Source of the DNA: a virus
Taxonomy: Duplodnaviria > Caudoviricetes
Length of the DNA: 64,000 nucleotides
IMG/VR virus record: IMGVR_UViG_3300028805_000078
Coordinates: 52,062-116,061 of that record
Reading direction: 5' to 3' (one strand)
The first letter of the stretch is position 1. Every line of letters starts with the position of its first letter. Made by a program: the position numbers and the translations under genes. Of the stretch, positions 22,151 to 31,114 are shown one piece after another. The notes under the pieces are model-generated. The model was given only the letters and a program-made list of their open reading frames with translations. It made no database searches and had not been told where the DNA came from.

Positions 22151-23412
22151 TGCCTAATTCAAAACAAATAGTTTACTTATCTCAGGCGCAATACGCCGAA
22201 CTTATCGCGAACGGCACCATAACCGTTGATGGTGTCACCGTTACATACGATGAAAATGACATATATGTTACGCCGCAAGCGGAACCAGTGACGGATGTGA
22301 GGGTTAATGGCGCGAGCATTACAAATAGTGGAGTCGCAAATATCCCTAAAGCAAGTTTAACAGATTTAGGAGTTATTAAAGTTAATAGTTCATATGGTTT
22401 ATCTATGCGTAGTGATGGTGGAATACAACTATATACTGCCCCGTCATCTGATATAAAGCGAGCTAATGGAGATAATCGTGCTATTTCACCATATCATCAA
22501 CATGAATCCGTTTATTACGGATTGTCAAAACTTGCAGGTGTTGACCTCGCCAACGAGTCCGTTACTTTCGGCGCCTATCCTGATGCATCTAAGGCCGCAA
22601 TCCAGCACATGCTCGGCACCGATACCATAATTGCTCCAAACGAAACTGACCCCTTTACTTCTGCTCACGCAATAGGTGAATTATTTACTATGAATGGCAA
22701 ACTCTATCGCGCGAAAACTGCTATTGCGGTCGCGGATGCGGTGAATGTGGGGACGAATTGTGAGGAAGTAAGCGTTGCCGGGGCAGTGCCGCATGATGTA
22801 CAGGTTAATGGGGTTAGTGTTGTTAGTAATGGAGTGGCGAATGTACCAATAGCAGATACAAATGTTAGTGGTACAGTTAGAATCATAAGTACATATGGTA
22901 TAGGTCGTTTTAATAATGATGGATTGATGTATGTTGTGACATCTTCCTCATCTATGAATAAATCTGGTTCGAATACTTATAGACCTATAACTCCATCTAA
23001 TCAACATGAAGCTGCTTTCTACGGCCTAGCCAAGGCCGCCGGTGATACCACACAATCTTCTTCTTCAAACGCTGTAGGCACTTATACCGACAATGCTAAA
23101 GCCTCGATAAAGAGCATGCTCGGCATAGTAGATGGCTCAACCTCTACCGTATCCGTAACCGGTACCACCCCCTCTATCGCAGCAGTAGAAAATACACGCT
23201 ATACCTGCGGCGAAGTAAGCACTTTAACTATTACTCCTCCAGCAAGCGGTATCTGCATCGTGCGATTCACGTCTGGCACAACTCCTACAGTCCTAACCGC
23301 AACTGGTGTTGTATGGCCCGCATGGTTTGATGCAACCGATTTGGAAGCTGACACAGTTTATGAAATCTGCATAACTGATGGTTATGGGGCGGTGATGTCA
23401 TGGGCACTGTAA
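22150..23412 (+). CDS. Fibre-associated protein with duplicated module
   Basis: Two copies of DVxVNGxS...GVANxP...QHExxxYGLxKxAG...AKAxIxxMLG. Confidence 0.65.
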   Translation: MPNSKQIVYLSQAQYAELIANGTITVDGVTVTYDENDIYVTPQAEPVTDVRVNGASITNSGVANIPKASLTDLGVIKVNSSYGLSMRSDGGIQLYTAPSSDIKRANGDNRAISPYHQHESVYYGLSKLAGVDLANESVTFGAYPDASKAAIQHMLGTDTIIAPNETDPFTSAHAIGELFTMNGKLYRAKTAIAVADAVNVGTNCEEVSVAGAVPHDVQVNGVSVVSNGVANVPIADTNVSGTVRIISTYGIGRFNNDGLMYVVTSSSSMNKSGSNTYRPITPSNQHEAAFYGLAKAAGDTTQSSSSNAVGTYTDNAKASIKSMLGIVDGSTSTVSVTGTTPSIAAVENTRYTCGEVSTLTITPPASGICIVRFTSGTTPTVLTATGVVWPAWFDATDLEADTVYEICITDGYGAVMSWAL

Positions 23413-25958
23413 AATATAGCGGGCCTGTGGCATCATTCCACTGCCCGACCGAAGCAACTATTAGGAGTTTGAAGGTTCACTTTAGCCCGAAGCAGGAAGG
23501 TAGTGGCGATCCATCGCCTTTGAATGTTAGGGCTATTAGTGGATGGACAGGTGTTGAAGTATATAGAAGCGGGAAGAATTTAGTTAACATTTCTAATGAT
23601 AATATCATTTATCAGAATTTTTCTAAAATGACTGATGGTTCATACTATCAAATAAGTGGAAATATCGTAACTTTATACAATCAAAATGCGAAAAGCTTGA
23701 TGGTTTGTTTTGCTGTTATGCCTATTACATCACAGATGGTTGGCATATCGTTTACACTTAATGCAAATGCTACTGGCGATGGTGATTATGGTATTTTTCT
23801 TAGCGATTTAGATGGTAGCAATCGAACTTCTAATAAGGCAAATCCATATACAATTGCTTCTGGTGATGTTGGAAAGTTAATTGGCGCGAGAGTTCGTATG
23901 AATGGTGTATCTGGAACATATACTGTTTCGAACATTCAATTTGAACTGGGTTCTGCCGTAACCGATTACGAACCTTATCAGCGGAGCACTTATCCCATCA
24001 CTTTCCCGATTTTGGGGAAGAATAAGTTTGATAAAGATAATGCTGTAATTTTGAATGGCTATCCAAATTCAACTACCATTGATTCTTCACCTTATAGTAA
24101 ATGTATTTGTGTCCAAGTGTTGCCGAATACTACTTATACCGTCTCAAAAATGCAATCTGCGCGATTTGCTATAGCATTGTGTAGTGAAACTACGCCATTC
24201 GTAGGTTCAACTATAAGTGGTTTAGTTGCAAATCATACTTATACTGGTATGACAAAAATCACGAACAGTGACACTAAATGGTTAATTGTGTGGCTATATG
24301 CTTCAAATTATGATACGGATTCATTGGAAACAATTTTGGCATCTGTTCAAGTAGAACTAGGTAACACTGCAACAACATATGAGCCCTACAACCCCAACAA
24401 CACCGTTTATGGTGGATGGGTGGATTTGATTACGGGGGAAGTGGTGTCAACATATGCTCATTGTAAAATTAAAGATTTGCCAGGTGAATGGAACTATCGT
24501 TCTAGTAATTTAAGATTTCAAATTCAATTAACTGAAAATTATATGAAAAATAATAGTGGTTGGACGAACTGCGCTATTTCAGAAAAATATAAGACTTCTA
24601 CATCACAAGGCTATGGCAACAAGCAAATTGCAACTTACATTAATAGGCATATTTACATTCGTGATGATGATTTTGAGGGCAACCTTGAAGCATTTTTAAC
24701 TGGAGTAGGAGATTCTTATATTTCTTATGAACTTGCTACGCCTACTTATTACTCCCTCGCCCCCACTCAACTCCAAACCTTCCTCGGTCAAAATAACGTA
24801 TGGTCTAACGCGGACTATGTAGAAGTTGAATACGATTTGCATGAAACGCAAACTTTATTGCAGAGGAAAGCCTTCATCATGGCGAATCAGCCTCATATCG
24901 CAAGTGCTTCGGGTGCAATTGCCTCATTTAATACGGACTTGCTGGCGCCATTAAAGAGCGCGAAGTTTGAATTTTTGCCTGTGCAGGAAGGCAGCGGCGA
25001 TCCAAGTCCTACGAATGTTAGACCGATAAGCGGATGGACGGGATGCGAAGTGTATCGTGGGTATGAGTATCTTTCCAATGTTCAAATAACAATAGGTAAG
25101 ACATTAAACGCATCGGGCTTAGAAACAACCGAAGGCGGTATGGCTGTAACGGATTATATTCCAGTTGAAGTTGGGCATACATATACGCTTAAATTCACAA
25201 GTACGACAGCAGGACGTACGCGGCGTATTTTTGGCTACTCGGCTTCAAAAGAACCTACAAGTCAACTGGCATCTGTTAGTTGGGCAACAGTTGGTAATAC
25301 TTTTTCAATGAATGCAGAAATACCTTCTGATACTTCGTACATTCGTGCTTGTTATTATAACAATGATATTGACAAAACGCTGATTGAGCCATCTACTGTT
25401 ACCACATTCCCCATCGACTGGACAACAGAAGCAGGCACAATTTATGGTGGGTATGTGGATTTGGTGAGTGGGGAAGTTGTGGCTGAATGGTATAAAGTCG
25501 TTGCGGATGGTGTGAATGTAAAAGCTAATAGTAGCTATATGACGGATAATTATATTGCTGCTGGTATTGTATATTTAAATCCCAATGGGATGTCATCTAC
25601 TACGGCAAAATATGCTAATAATGTATTATGCAACATAATGCCTGTCTACTCTCAATACTATTTAAATAATCATCGAGACGAAGTTTCTTATCCATATGCA
25701 AGTGCAACACAGGCGGGTCAACAATACATTGTTTTTCATTTAGCAAATCGAGCTGATTATCCAGAAGTCACCGATGCAACTAGTTGTAAAAACTTTGTTA
25801 ATGCTTGGCTGCAAGAACATCCAGCAACTTTGGTTTATGAACTTAGAACACCAATAACTTACCAGATTGACCCGACTATCCTCAAAACCCTTCACGGCAC
25901 CAACAACATTTGGTCCAACGCGAACGACAACACAACAGTACAATACTACAAACATTAG
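23400..25958 (+). CDS. Receptor-binding/fibre protein with tandem duplication
   Basis: QEGSGDPSPxNVRxISGWTG, YGGxVDLxxGEVV and YELxTP...GxNNxWSNA each occur twice. Confidence 0.7.
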   Translation: MGTVKYSGPVASFHCPTEATIRSLKVHFSPKQEGSGDPSPLNVRAISGWTGVEVYRSGKNLVNISNDNIIYQNFSKMTDGSYYQISGNIVTLYNQNAKSLMVCFAVMPITSQMVGISFTLNANATGDGDYGIFLSDLDGSNRTSNKANPYTIASGDVGKLIGARVRMNGVSGTYTVSNIQFELGSAVTDYEPYQRSTYPITFPILGKNKFDKDNAVILNGYPNSTTIDSSPYSKCICVQVLPNTTYTVSKMQSARFAIALCSETTPFVGSTISGLVANHTYTGMTKITNSDTKWLIVWLYASNYDTDSLETILASVQVELGNTATTYEPYNPNNTVYGGWVDLITGEVVSTYAHCKIKDLPGEWNYRSSNLRFQIQLTENYMKNNSGWTNCAISEKYKTSTSQGYGNKQIATYINRHIYIRDDDFEGNLEAFLTGVGDSYISYELATPTYYSLAPTQLQTFLGQNNVWSNADYVEVEYDLHETQTLLQRKAFIMANQPHIASASGAIASFNTDLLAPLKSAKFEFLPVQEGSGDPSPTNVRPISGWTGCEVYRGYEYLSNVQITIGKTLNASGLETTEGGMAVTDYIPVEVGHTYTLKFTSTTAGRTRRIFGYSASKEPTSQLASVSWATVGNTFSMNAEIPSDTSYIRACYYNNDIDKTLIEPSTVTTFPIDWTTEAGTIYGGYVDLVSGEVVAEWYKVVADGVNVKANSSYMTDNYIAAGIVYLNPNGMSSTTAKYANNVLCNIMPVYSQYYLNNHRDEVSYPYASATQAGQQYIVFHLANRADYPEVTDATSCKNFVNAWLQEHPATLVYELRTPITYQIDPTILKTLHGTNNIWSNANDNTTVQYYKH

Positions 25959-25970
25959 GAGGACAAAACT

Positions 25971-26312
25971 ATGTCTAGGAATCTTTTTATCGTAAACGCA
26001 ACTCAGGTAGTTATTAGTGAAACTCATCCTGAGGGCATCTATTCTGTGATGCCTAATTTTCCAATGACCTTTGATTCTATCAATTACGAAGACAATACTG
26101 AAAAGGCGCTGAATGCCGCGAAAGCCGCATACTACAATCGTCTCGCGGCGAACTATACCGGTTCTGAATCCCGTGTAATGTCTGTCATTACTCTCGAACA
26201 GGCTGATGGCCGCCAGATTATGCGTGATAGCATTGGCGCGTTTCCTGTGATGCCAGAGCCCGAACCCGAACCGCAGCCCGAACCCGAACCGAATGAGGAA
26301 CAGGGCGAATAA
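25971..26312 (+). CDS. Small structural or chaperone protein with a PE-repeat tail
   Basis: SD AGGAGG; ends PEPEPEPQPEPEP. Confidence 0.6.
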   Translation: MSRNLFIVNATQVVISETHPEGIYSVMPNFPMTFDSINYEDNTEKALNAAKAAYYNRLAANYTGSESRVMSVITLEQADGRQIMRDSIGAFPVMPEPEPEPQPEPEPNEEQGE

Positions 26313-26339
26313 CGTTTGTTAAGTTTTAATTATTCAAAA

Positions 26340-26380
26340 ATGTAATCATTCACTAATGACCTATAAGGGGAGGAAGAGGA
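26340..26380 (+). promoter_or_regulatory. Conserved phage motif, copy 2
   Basis: ATGTAATCATTCACTAA-tgac-CTATAAGGG, followed immediately by the hairpin GGAGGAAGAGG/CCTCTTCCTCC. Confidence 0.75.
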
Positions 26381-26428
26381 GGGATCCACCTCTTCCTCCT
26401 ACGATTAATTATATGTTAAGAAAGGTAG

Positions 26429-26746
26429 GTGTTCGTCATGCTGATTATCAAGAAACTTTCTAAGATGATTAAAGAAGAGATATCCGACGCGGCTAAGTAT
26501 GCACAATGTGCCTTGAATCATAAAGAAGAAGACAGAAATCTCGCTGATACATTTTATACTTTAGCAAACGAAGAATTGAATCATATGGAAATGCTTCATT
26601 CTCAGGTAGTTCGTATTATCAATGCATATCGAAAAGAAAAAGGCGAAGTTCCTGCTGCAATGCAGGCTTTATATGACTATGTACACGAAGAACAAATTGA
26701 AGAAGTAAAGGAAGTAAAGTTGCTTCTGACTATGTATAAGGAGTAA
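26429..26746 (+). CDS. Ferritin-like four-helix protein
   Basis: EEISDAAKY...EELNH (ExxH) pattern. Confidence 0.6.
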   Translation: MFVMLIIKKLSKMIKEEISDAAKYAQCALNHKEEDRNLADTFYTLANEELNHMEMLHSQVVRIINAYRKEKGEVPAAMQALYDYVHEEQIEEVKEVKLLLTMYKE

Positions 26747-26749
26747 TAC

Positions 26750-27208
26750 ATGATGACATCTTATCCTTTTAATACGTACACGTCTGCAATGTATAATGTT
26801 CCTAATTTTCAAAATACGATGTTTCAGCCGCCTGTATCTCAGGCTCCTCGTATGGAAATCCCTCGTGTAAGCGGTAAAGACAGTATTCTGTCTTACCCTA
26901 TGGGTCCTGATTCTTCTGCTATTTTTGTAAGTTCAGATCCTAATAGTGATCTTGGTTGGATTGTAACAACTGATTCAGCTGCTTATAAAACTATCGTTCC
27001 TTGTCATATCGTTCCGGATATTGAAGAACAGCCAATTAAAGCATCTGATCTCGAAGCAAAGTTCGCGCAGATCGAATCGAGATTTAATAGTATAGAAGAA
27101 AGGATGAATGCGGATGGGCAACATGGTAACAAATTTGCTGAACAAAATGGCAAATCAAACAATGTGTCAAACAATGTGGGGAACAACGCAGGCAAGTCCG
27201 CTAAATGA
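26750..27208 (+). CDS. Conserved hypothetical protein
   Basis: Gln/Pro-rich N-terminus and VSG...YPMGPDSS...TTDSAAY motif; part of a four-gene cassette. Confidence 0.6.
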   Translation: MMTSYPFNTYTSAMYNVPNFQNTMFQPPVSQAPRMEIPRVSGKDSILSYPMGPDSSAIFVSSDPNSDLGWIVTTDSAAYKTIVPCHIVPDIEEQPIKASDLEAKFAQIESRFNSIEERMNADGQHGNKFAEQNGKSNNVSNNVGNNAGKSAK

Positions 27209-27416
27209 AATAGCGGCAACATTAAAAACATCAAGTAACCCTATGGCCACAATACAACAGATGGCCTCTATGGATCCGAGAATGCAAGACATTTCTAATG
27301 TCATTCAGCAAAATGGCAGCATTCAAAACGCAGTATATGCTTTATCAAGACAAAAGGGAGTAGACCCTAATGTCGTGTTGCAGCAAGCTCGTGAGCTTGC
27401 TCAATCTTTAAGGTGA
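27108..27416 (+). CDS. Conserved hypothetical Gln/Asn-rich protein
   Basis: NPMATIQQM...QKGVDP pattern; exact start uncertain. Confidence 0.55.
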   Translation: MRMGNMVTNLLNKMANQTMCQTMWGTTQASPLNEIAATLKTSSNPMATIQQMASMDPRMQDISNVIQQNGSIQNAVYALSRQKGVDPNVVLQQARELAQSLR

Positions 27417-27487
27417 TGATTATCCGATGATTATCCATTCCGCGCGTGGTTGATCATATATATAAAATTGTAAAGGGGATCAATTGC

Positions 27488-28072
27488 ATGGACGGAAATT
27501 TAACTACTGGCGATCTCGCTCTTATGCGTGACAACGATGGGTTCGGTGGCAACAATTCCTTTATGTGGATTTTCGCTTTGCTTATTCTGATGTATGGCGG
27601 CGGAAACTTCGGTTTCGGTAACCGCGGGCCTATCGGTCCTGCGCCCGCTACTCAGGATCAGGTAAACCAGGGCTTCACGAACCAGCAGCTTCAGGGTATT
27701 GCTCTTTCTTCGGCTAACAACAATTATGAAACCGCACAGTTGATTAATGAGCAGACAAATACCCTTATGCAGCAGAACAACTCCAATCTGATTAATGCCA
27801 TTCAGGGTTTTAATCAGGTCAATCTGACAATCCAAAACCAAACGAACGTTCTTGCTCAGCAGCTTCAGGCCCTTCAGGCTAAGATGGATAGCTGCTGCTG
27901 TGAAATTAAGACACAGATGCTTCAGAACAGGCTTGATGATGCGCAGGCTCAGAAGGTTGCGCTCGAAGGTCAGGTTAGCAACTACAACCAGTCTCAGTAT
28001 ATCCTCGGTCAAATGGGTCGTTGGGTAGGCTGGGCGACAAGCGGTTCTCAGGCCGCTACTGCCGGAGCTTAA
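27488..28072 (+). CDS. Membrane-anchored coiled-coil protein with a CCC motif
   Basis: GFGG-WIFALLILMYGGG TM segment, Asn/Gln-rich coiled coil, MDSCCCEIK. Confidence 0.7.
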   Translation: MDGNLTTGDLALMRDNDGFGGNNSFMWIFALLILMYGGGNFGFGNRGPIGPAPATQDQVNQGFTNQQLQGIALSSANNNYETAQLINEQTNTLMQQNNSNLINAIQGFNQVNLTIQNQTNVLAQQLQALQAKMDSCCCEIKTQMLQNRLDDAQAQKVALEGQVSNYNQSQYILGQMGRWVGWATSGSQAATAGA

Positions 28073-28133
28073 ACTGCAATAAATGAAGTAACGGCAGCGC
28101 GGGCCGTTACTTACATTTGATAGCAGCCGAAAG

Positions 28134-28442
28134 GTGATACAAATGAACACATACAATTGGCTTACATTGTTTGGAGTTCCGGCAATCATACTCGCGATAC
28201 TATCATTCGTGTTCAATTTTCTGAACAAAAGGATCAAAGCGATAAAGCTTGGGATTCAGGCAATGTTGCGTGATCGTTTGTATCAGCTTTTTCATTATTG
28301 TAAAAAGCGTGGAACAGCGAGTGAGTATGAGCGAGAAGATTTCGAGAACATGTATACTCAGTACCATAATCTTGGTGCTAATGGCGTAATGGACGATATT
28401 AGAACAAAGTTCCTTGCGCTTCCTATTTCCGATCTTGATTAG
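28134..28442 (+). CDS. Holin-like single-TM protein
   Basis: N-terminal TM followed by GIQAMLRDRL...YHNLGANG, a family found next to phage lysis genes. Confidence 0.6.
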   Translation: MIQMNTYNWLTLFGVPAIILAILSFVFNFLNKRIKAIKLGIQAMLRDRLYQLFHYCKKRGTASEYEREDFENMYTQYHNLGANGVMDDIRTKFLALPISDLD

Positions 28443-28454
28443 AGGTAATGCAAT

Positions 28455-28727
28455 ATGATCAATTGGAAAGTAAGATTTGCCAATGAAACTTTTTGGCTTG
28501 ATATTATTCCTGCTGTTCTTATTCTTATTCAGCTCGTTCTTGATCTGTTTGGAATAAAGATGGATTTTGGAAGTCTTGGCAATAAGCTCCGCGCTATTGT
28601 AAATGCCGTATTTATGTGCCTTGCCATTCTTGGTATTGTCACAGATCATACTACACACGGCATAGGAGATTCAGCTCGCGCACTTACTTACGAGACTCCT
28701 TATAAAGATATTCCTGACGTAGAATAA
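28455..28727 (+). CDS. Holin, phiLC3 family
   Basis: MINWKVRF...LGIVTDHTTHGIGDSARAL signature; two TM segments. Confidence 0.88.
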   Translation: MINWKVRFANETFWLDIIPAVLILIQLVLDLFGIKMDFGSLGNKLRAIVNAVFMCLAILGIVTDHTTHGIGDSARALTYETPYKDIPDVE

Positions 28728-28743
28728 TATCAATTAAAGTTTT

Positions 28744-28769
28744 AGCCCCGGATATACTGGGGCTTTTTT
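28744..28769 (+). terminator. Intrinsic terminator of the late operon
   Basis: AGCCCCGG-atata-CTGGGGCT-TTTTT. Confidence 0.8.
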
Positions 28770-28886
28770 ATTCCGTAGCAAGCTTTGTAATCTCTGACAC
28801 GCTTACTTTCTATAATCGCAACAGAGAGTACAAAACTAAAAATTGCATCGGTTTAGCGTTGTTAAATCTATTGTATTATGTTTTTA

Positions 28887-28935
28887 GCAAGGTCTGCAAA
28901 ACCTTCATTCCCCGGTCCGAATCCGGGTGGTACCT
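28887..28935 (+). mobile_element. attP core: 3' half of tRNA-Cys(GCA)
   Basis: Anticodon arm AAGGT-CTGCAAA-ACCTT, T arm CCCGG-TCCGAAT-CCGGG and acceptor 3' strand TGGTACC-T. No 5' half. About 70 bp from the integrase stop. Confidence 0.85.
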
Positions 28936-29004
28936 TCGGAAGTTTTCCACAAAACTTCTATTAGGATTTTGTGCAGTATGACTGGCGGGTCTGCTGCACA
29001 TTTT

Positions 29005-29910
29005 TTATGCGAGGACTGCTCGCATTTCTTCGAGTGCATCTCCGAAGAGATGTATGTAGGTGTTATAGGTTATCGTTACCGAACTGTGTCCGAGCAGGCG
29101 CGAAAGGATCTTGACATCGCAGCCGCGATAATAGCAGTTCGTTGCGAACGTATGCCTAAAAACATGCATCCCCATATAAGGAACGTTTGCCTCTTTACAC
29201 GCAGCCTTCGTATTCTTTATCAGAACTTTGTAAGACAACGGTTCCGTTGAATCAGGATTGAATACGAAAGTTCCGTTCTTCGGCAATGAGTTCAGAATAC
29301 GCTGCGCATTTGTACTGAGCGGGATAACGCGCTTGCTTGCGAGTGATTTCGGGGAATTCTGCACTTTTGATCTCTCGCCGCAATTCAGGTTGATCAACGT
29401 CTTTGAAACAGATACGGCTTTTCTTTGCCATTGTATGTCTGCCCATTGAAGAGCGAGCACCTCCCCTACCCTGAGTCCTGTTTCGATCATGAATGCAATG
29501 ACAGGATAGCCGCGTTTCTTTCCGGAATCAAGAACGTTTTTCAAACGCTGCTGTTCTTCTTCGCTGTAAGCGATGATCTCCTTCTTCGGCTTCTTTACAA
29601 CGCACTGAGAAGGAAGCGTCACCGCTTCGTATAACGGCCGAAGAACAAGCCCCTCCGCGTTCGCCCATCTTAGAAACGCGCTGATCAAGTGAAACTGCTT
29701 CTTGATCGTTGTCTGCGCGTAGCCGTCGTCTACGAGATCGTTGATGTACGATTGTATATCGTTGCCTGTAAGCTTCTCGATATCGCATTCCGATATTCTG
29801 TATTTCTTCATCAGATCGTACGATGTCTGAAGCCGCAGATATGTAGACGGCTTTACACTTGTTCGTTTGTGCGTCTCCATCCACGATAGAATCGCCTGTG
29901 ACAATGTCAT
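29005..29910 (-). CDS. int: Tyrosine integrase
   Basis: Catalytic motifs TGLRVGE (R), HVFRH, LLGHS and YNTY; SD GAAGGAGG before MTLSQ. Confidence 0.93.
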   Translation of the reverse strand: MTLSQAILSWMETHKRTSVKPSTYLRLQTSYDLMKKYRISECDIEKLTGNDIQSYINDLVDDGYAQTTIKKQFHLISAFLRWANAEGLVLRPLYEAVTLPSQCVVKKPKKEIIAYSEEEQQRLKNVLDSGKKRGYPVIAFMIETGLRVGEVLALQWADIQWQRKAVSVSKTLINLNCGERSKVQNSPKSLASKRVIPLSTNAQRILNSLPKNGTFVFNPDSTEPLSYKVLIKNTKAACKEANVPYMGMHVFRHTFATNCYYRGCDVKILSRLLGHSSVTITYNTYIHLFGDALEEMRAVLA

Positions 29911-30021
29911 AGTGTTACCTCCTTCGGTAACGCCAAACCGATGCATGTATATTATATCATACGGCCTGACGTTTGTCGAGTTTGAACAGAATTAATTCTG
30001 TAAAATAGTTGTTTTTGCACC

Positions 30022-30050
30022 TTGACATAATGCATGATGCATGTTATAAT
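30022..30050 (+). promoter_or_regulatory. Consensus sigma-A promoter
   Basis: Exact TTGACA-N17-TATAAT, upstream of 30145 and divergent from int. Confidence 0.85.
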
Positions 30051-30144
30051 TGCGCTCGTGATGCAAACTTTGCATGTTGATGCCGATGCAAGATGCAACA
30101 CACGGCACGTAAAAGAATATTGATATAAGACGAGGTGATTTGAA

Positions 30145-30588
30145 ATGAAGTGGATCGACAAGTACCCGTTGGCATGGACAGAACTTGAAAGGTGCAATGG
30201 TTTGCGACAACAGGTTGCTACGTTGAAGGCTATGGCCGCAAAGACGGAAGCCTGCGTGCAACGTACGACAGCTCGATTAAACAGAATAGGCGGCAAAGGA
30301 AGTACAAACCGAGAAGATGCTTTGTGCGATTACATAGATCTCCAACCTCAAATTCTGAAAGCCGAACGAGAGCTTGATACTGCAGTTCAAAGGATAGAGA
30401 AAACAATTTGCATGTTGGCTGATCCAAGAGAAGAGTTGTTGCTTAGGATGATTTACATAAACGGCGCAGATAAACATGTTATAATGGCGATGGCGGGCAT
30501 GTCTCCGTCAGGTTTTCGGGCGAAACTTGAACGGGCCGTAGCTTCTTACGAAAAGCTGATGTCTATAAGCAAAGGCGGTGTTGCATAA
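30145..30588 (+). CDS. ArpU/RinA-like transcriptional regulator
   Basis: Coiled coil followed by LADPREELLLRMIYING and a sigma-region-4-like C-terminal helix-turn-helix. Confidence 0.55.
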   Translation: MKWIDKYPLAWTELERCNGLRQQVATLKAMAAKTEACVQRTTARLNRIGGKGSTNREDALCDYIDLQPQILKAERELDTAVQRIEKTICMLADPREELLLRMIYINGADKHVIMAMAGMSPSGFRAKLERAVASYEKLMSISKGGVA

Positions 30589-30974
30589 TGGCGAACAGAC
30601 AAAGCCTTGGTTTTCGCGAGCTTAGAAATCTTGCAAGTTTCTTGTGTGCAAAACTGCATTTATCTTTAATTGACGAATGCGAACTGTACACACAGTATTT
30701 TACAGACGTTCCGCAGCCAATCGTTATCGACAATGACGGCACTCGTATATGGATCGACCGTTATTATGCCGCTTATCAGACAGGATGCGGTGAAGTAAAG
30801 TACGTTTATCTCACCCGCGCTCACATACTTGAAGAAACCGAAGACAGATCTGTATTGCCAGACGAAATACAAACTCAGTTCAATGAAGCATTGTCTTCGA
30901 TGAATGTGCTGCGCAACAATATATGGTTTGATACACGGTTCATAGAACAGGATATCTTGCAGATGTGCGCGTAA
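30588..30974 (+). CDS. Hypothetical protein
   Basis: TAATG coupling to the previous gene; SD AAGGCGGTG. Confidence 0.6.
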   Translation: MANRQSLGFRELRNLASFLCAKLHLSLIDECELYTQYFTDVPQPIVIDNDGTRIWIDRYYAAYQTGCGEVKYVYLTRAHILEETEDRSVLPDEIQTQFNEALSSMNVLRNNIWFDTRFIEQDILQMCA

Positions 30975-30975
30975 T

Positions 30976-31003
30976 AAAAAGGCCGAAGCTTATGCTCCGG
31001 CCT
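30976..31003 (-). terminator. Terminator at the convergence of the two arms
   Basis: Minus strand AGGCCGGAGC-auaa-GCUUCGGCCU-UUUU. Confidence 0.75.
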
Positions 31004-31012
31004 ATTCTAATT

Positions 31013-31108
31013 TCTAATAAGTTACCAGAAAATTTTGACATATGTGCGCGGTAAGGTATTTATACTACCTCTTTCATTTAGTGCTCAGATTTCTAATAAT
31101 TTATTAGA
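31013..31108. repeat. 96-bp tripartite element, copy 1
   Basis: TCTAATAAGTTACCAGA ... GTAAGGTATTTATACTACC ... TCTAATAATTTATTAGA; same spacing as copy 2. Confidence 0.8.
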
Positions 31109-31114
31109 ATTTCT

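Noticed and set aside
26255-26292. CCCGAA tandem repeat as a contingency locus
   Set aside because: In-frame 6-bp units encoding a Pro-Glu tail; a length change would not shift the frame.
28860-28940. A functional phage tRNA-Cys
   Set aside because: The 5' acceptor strand and D arm are missing; the position next to int fits attP.
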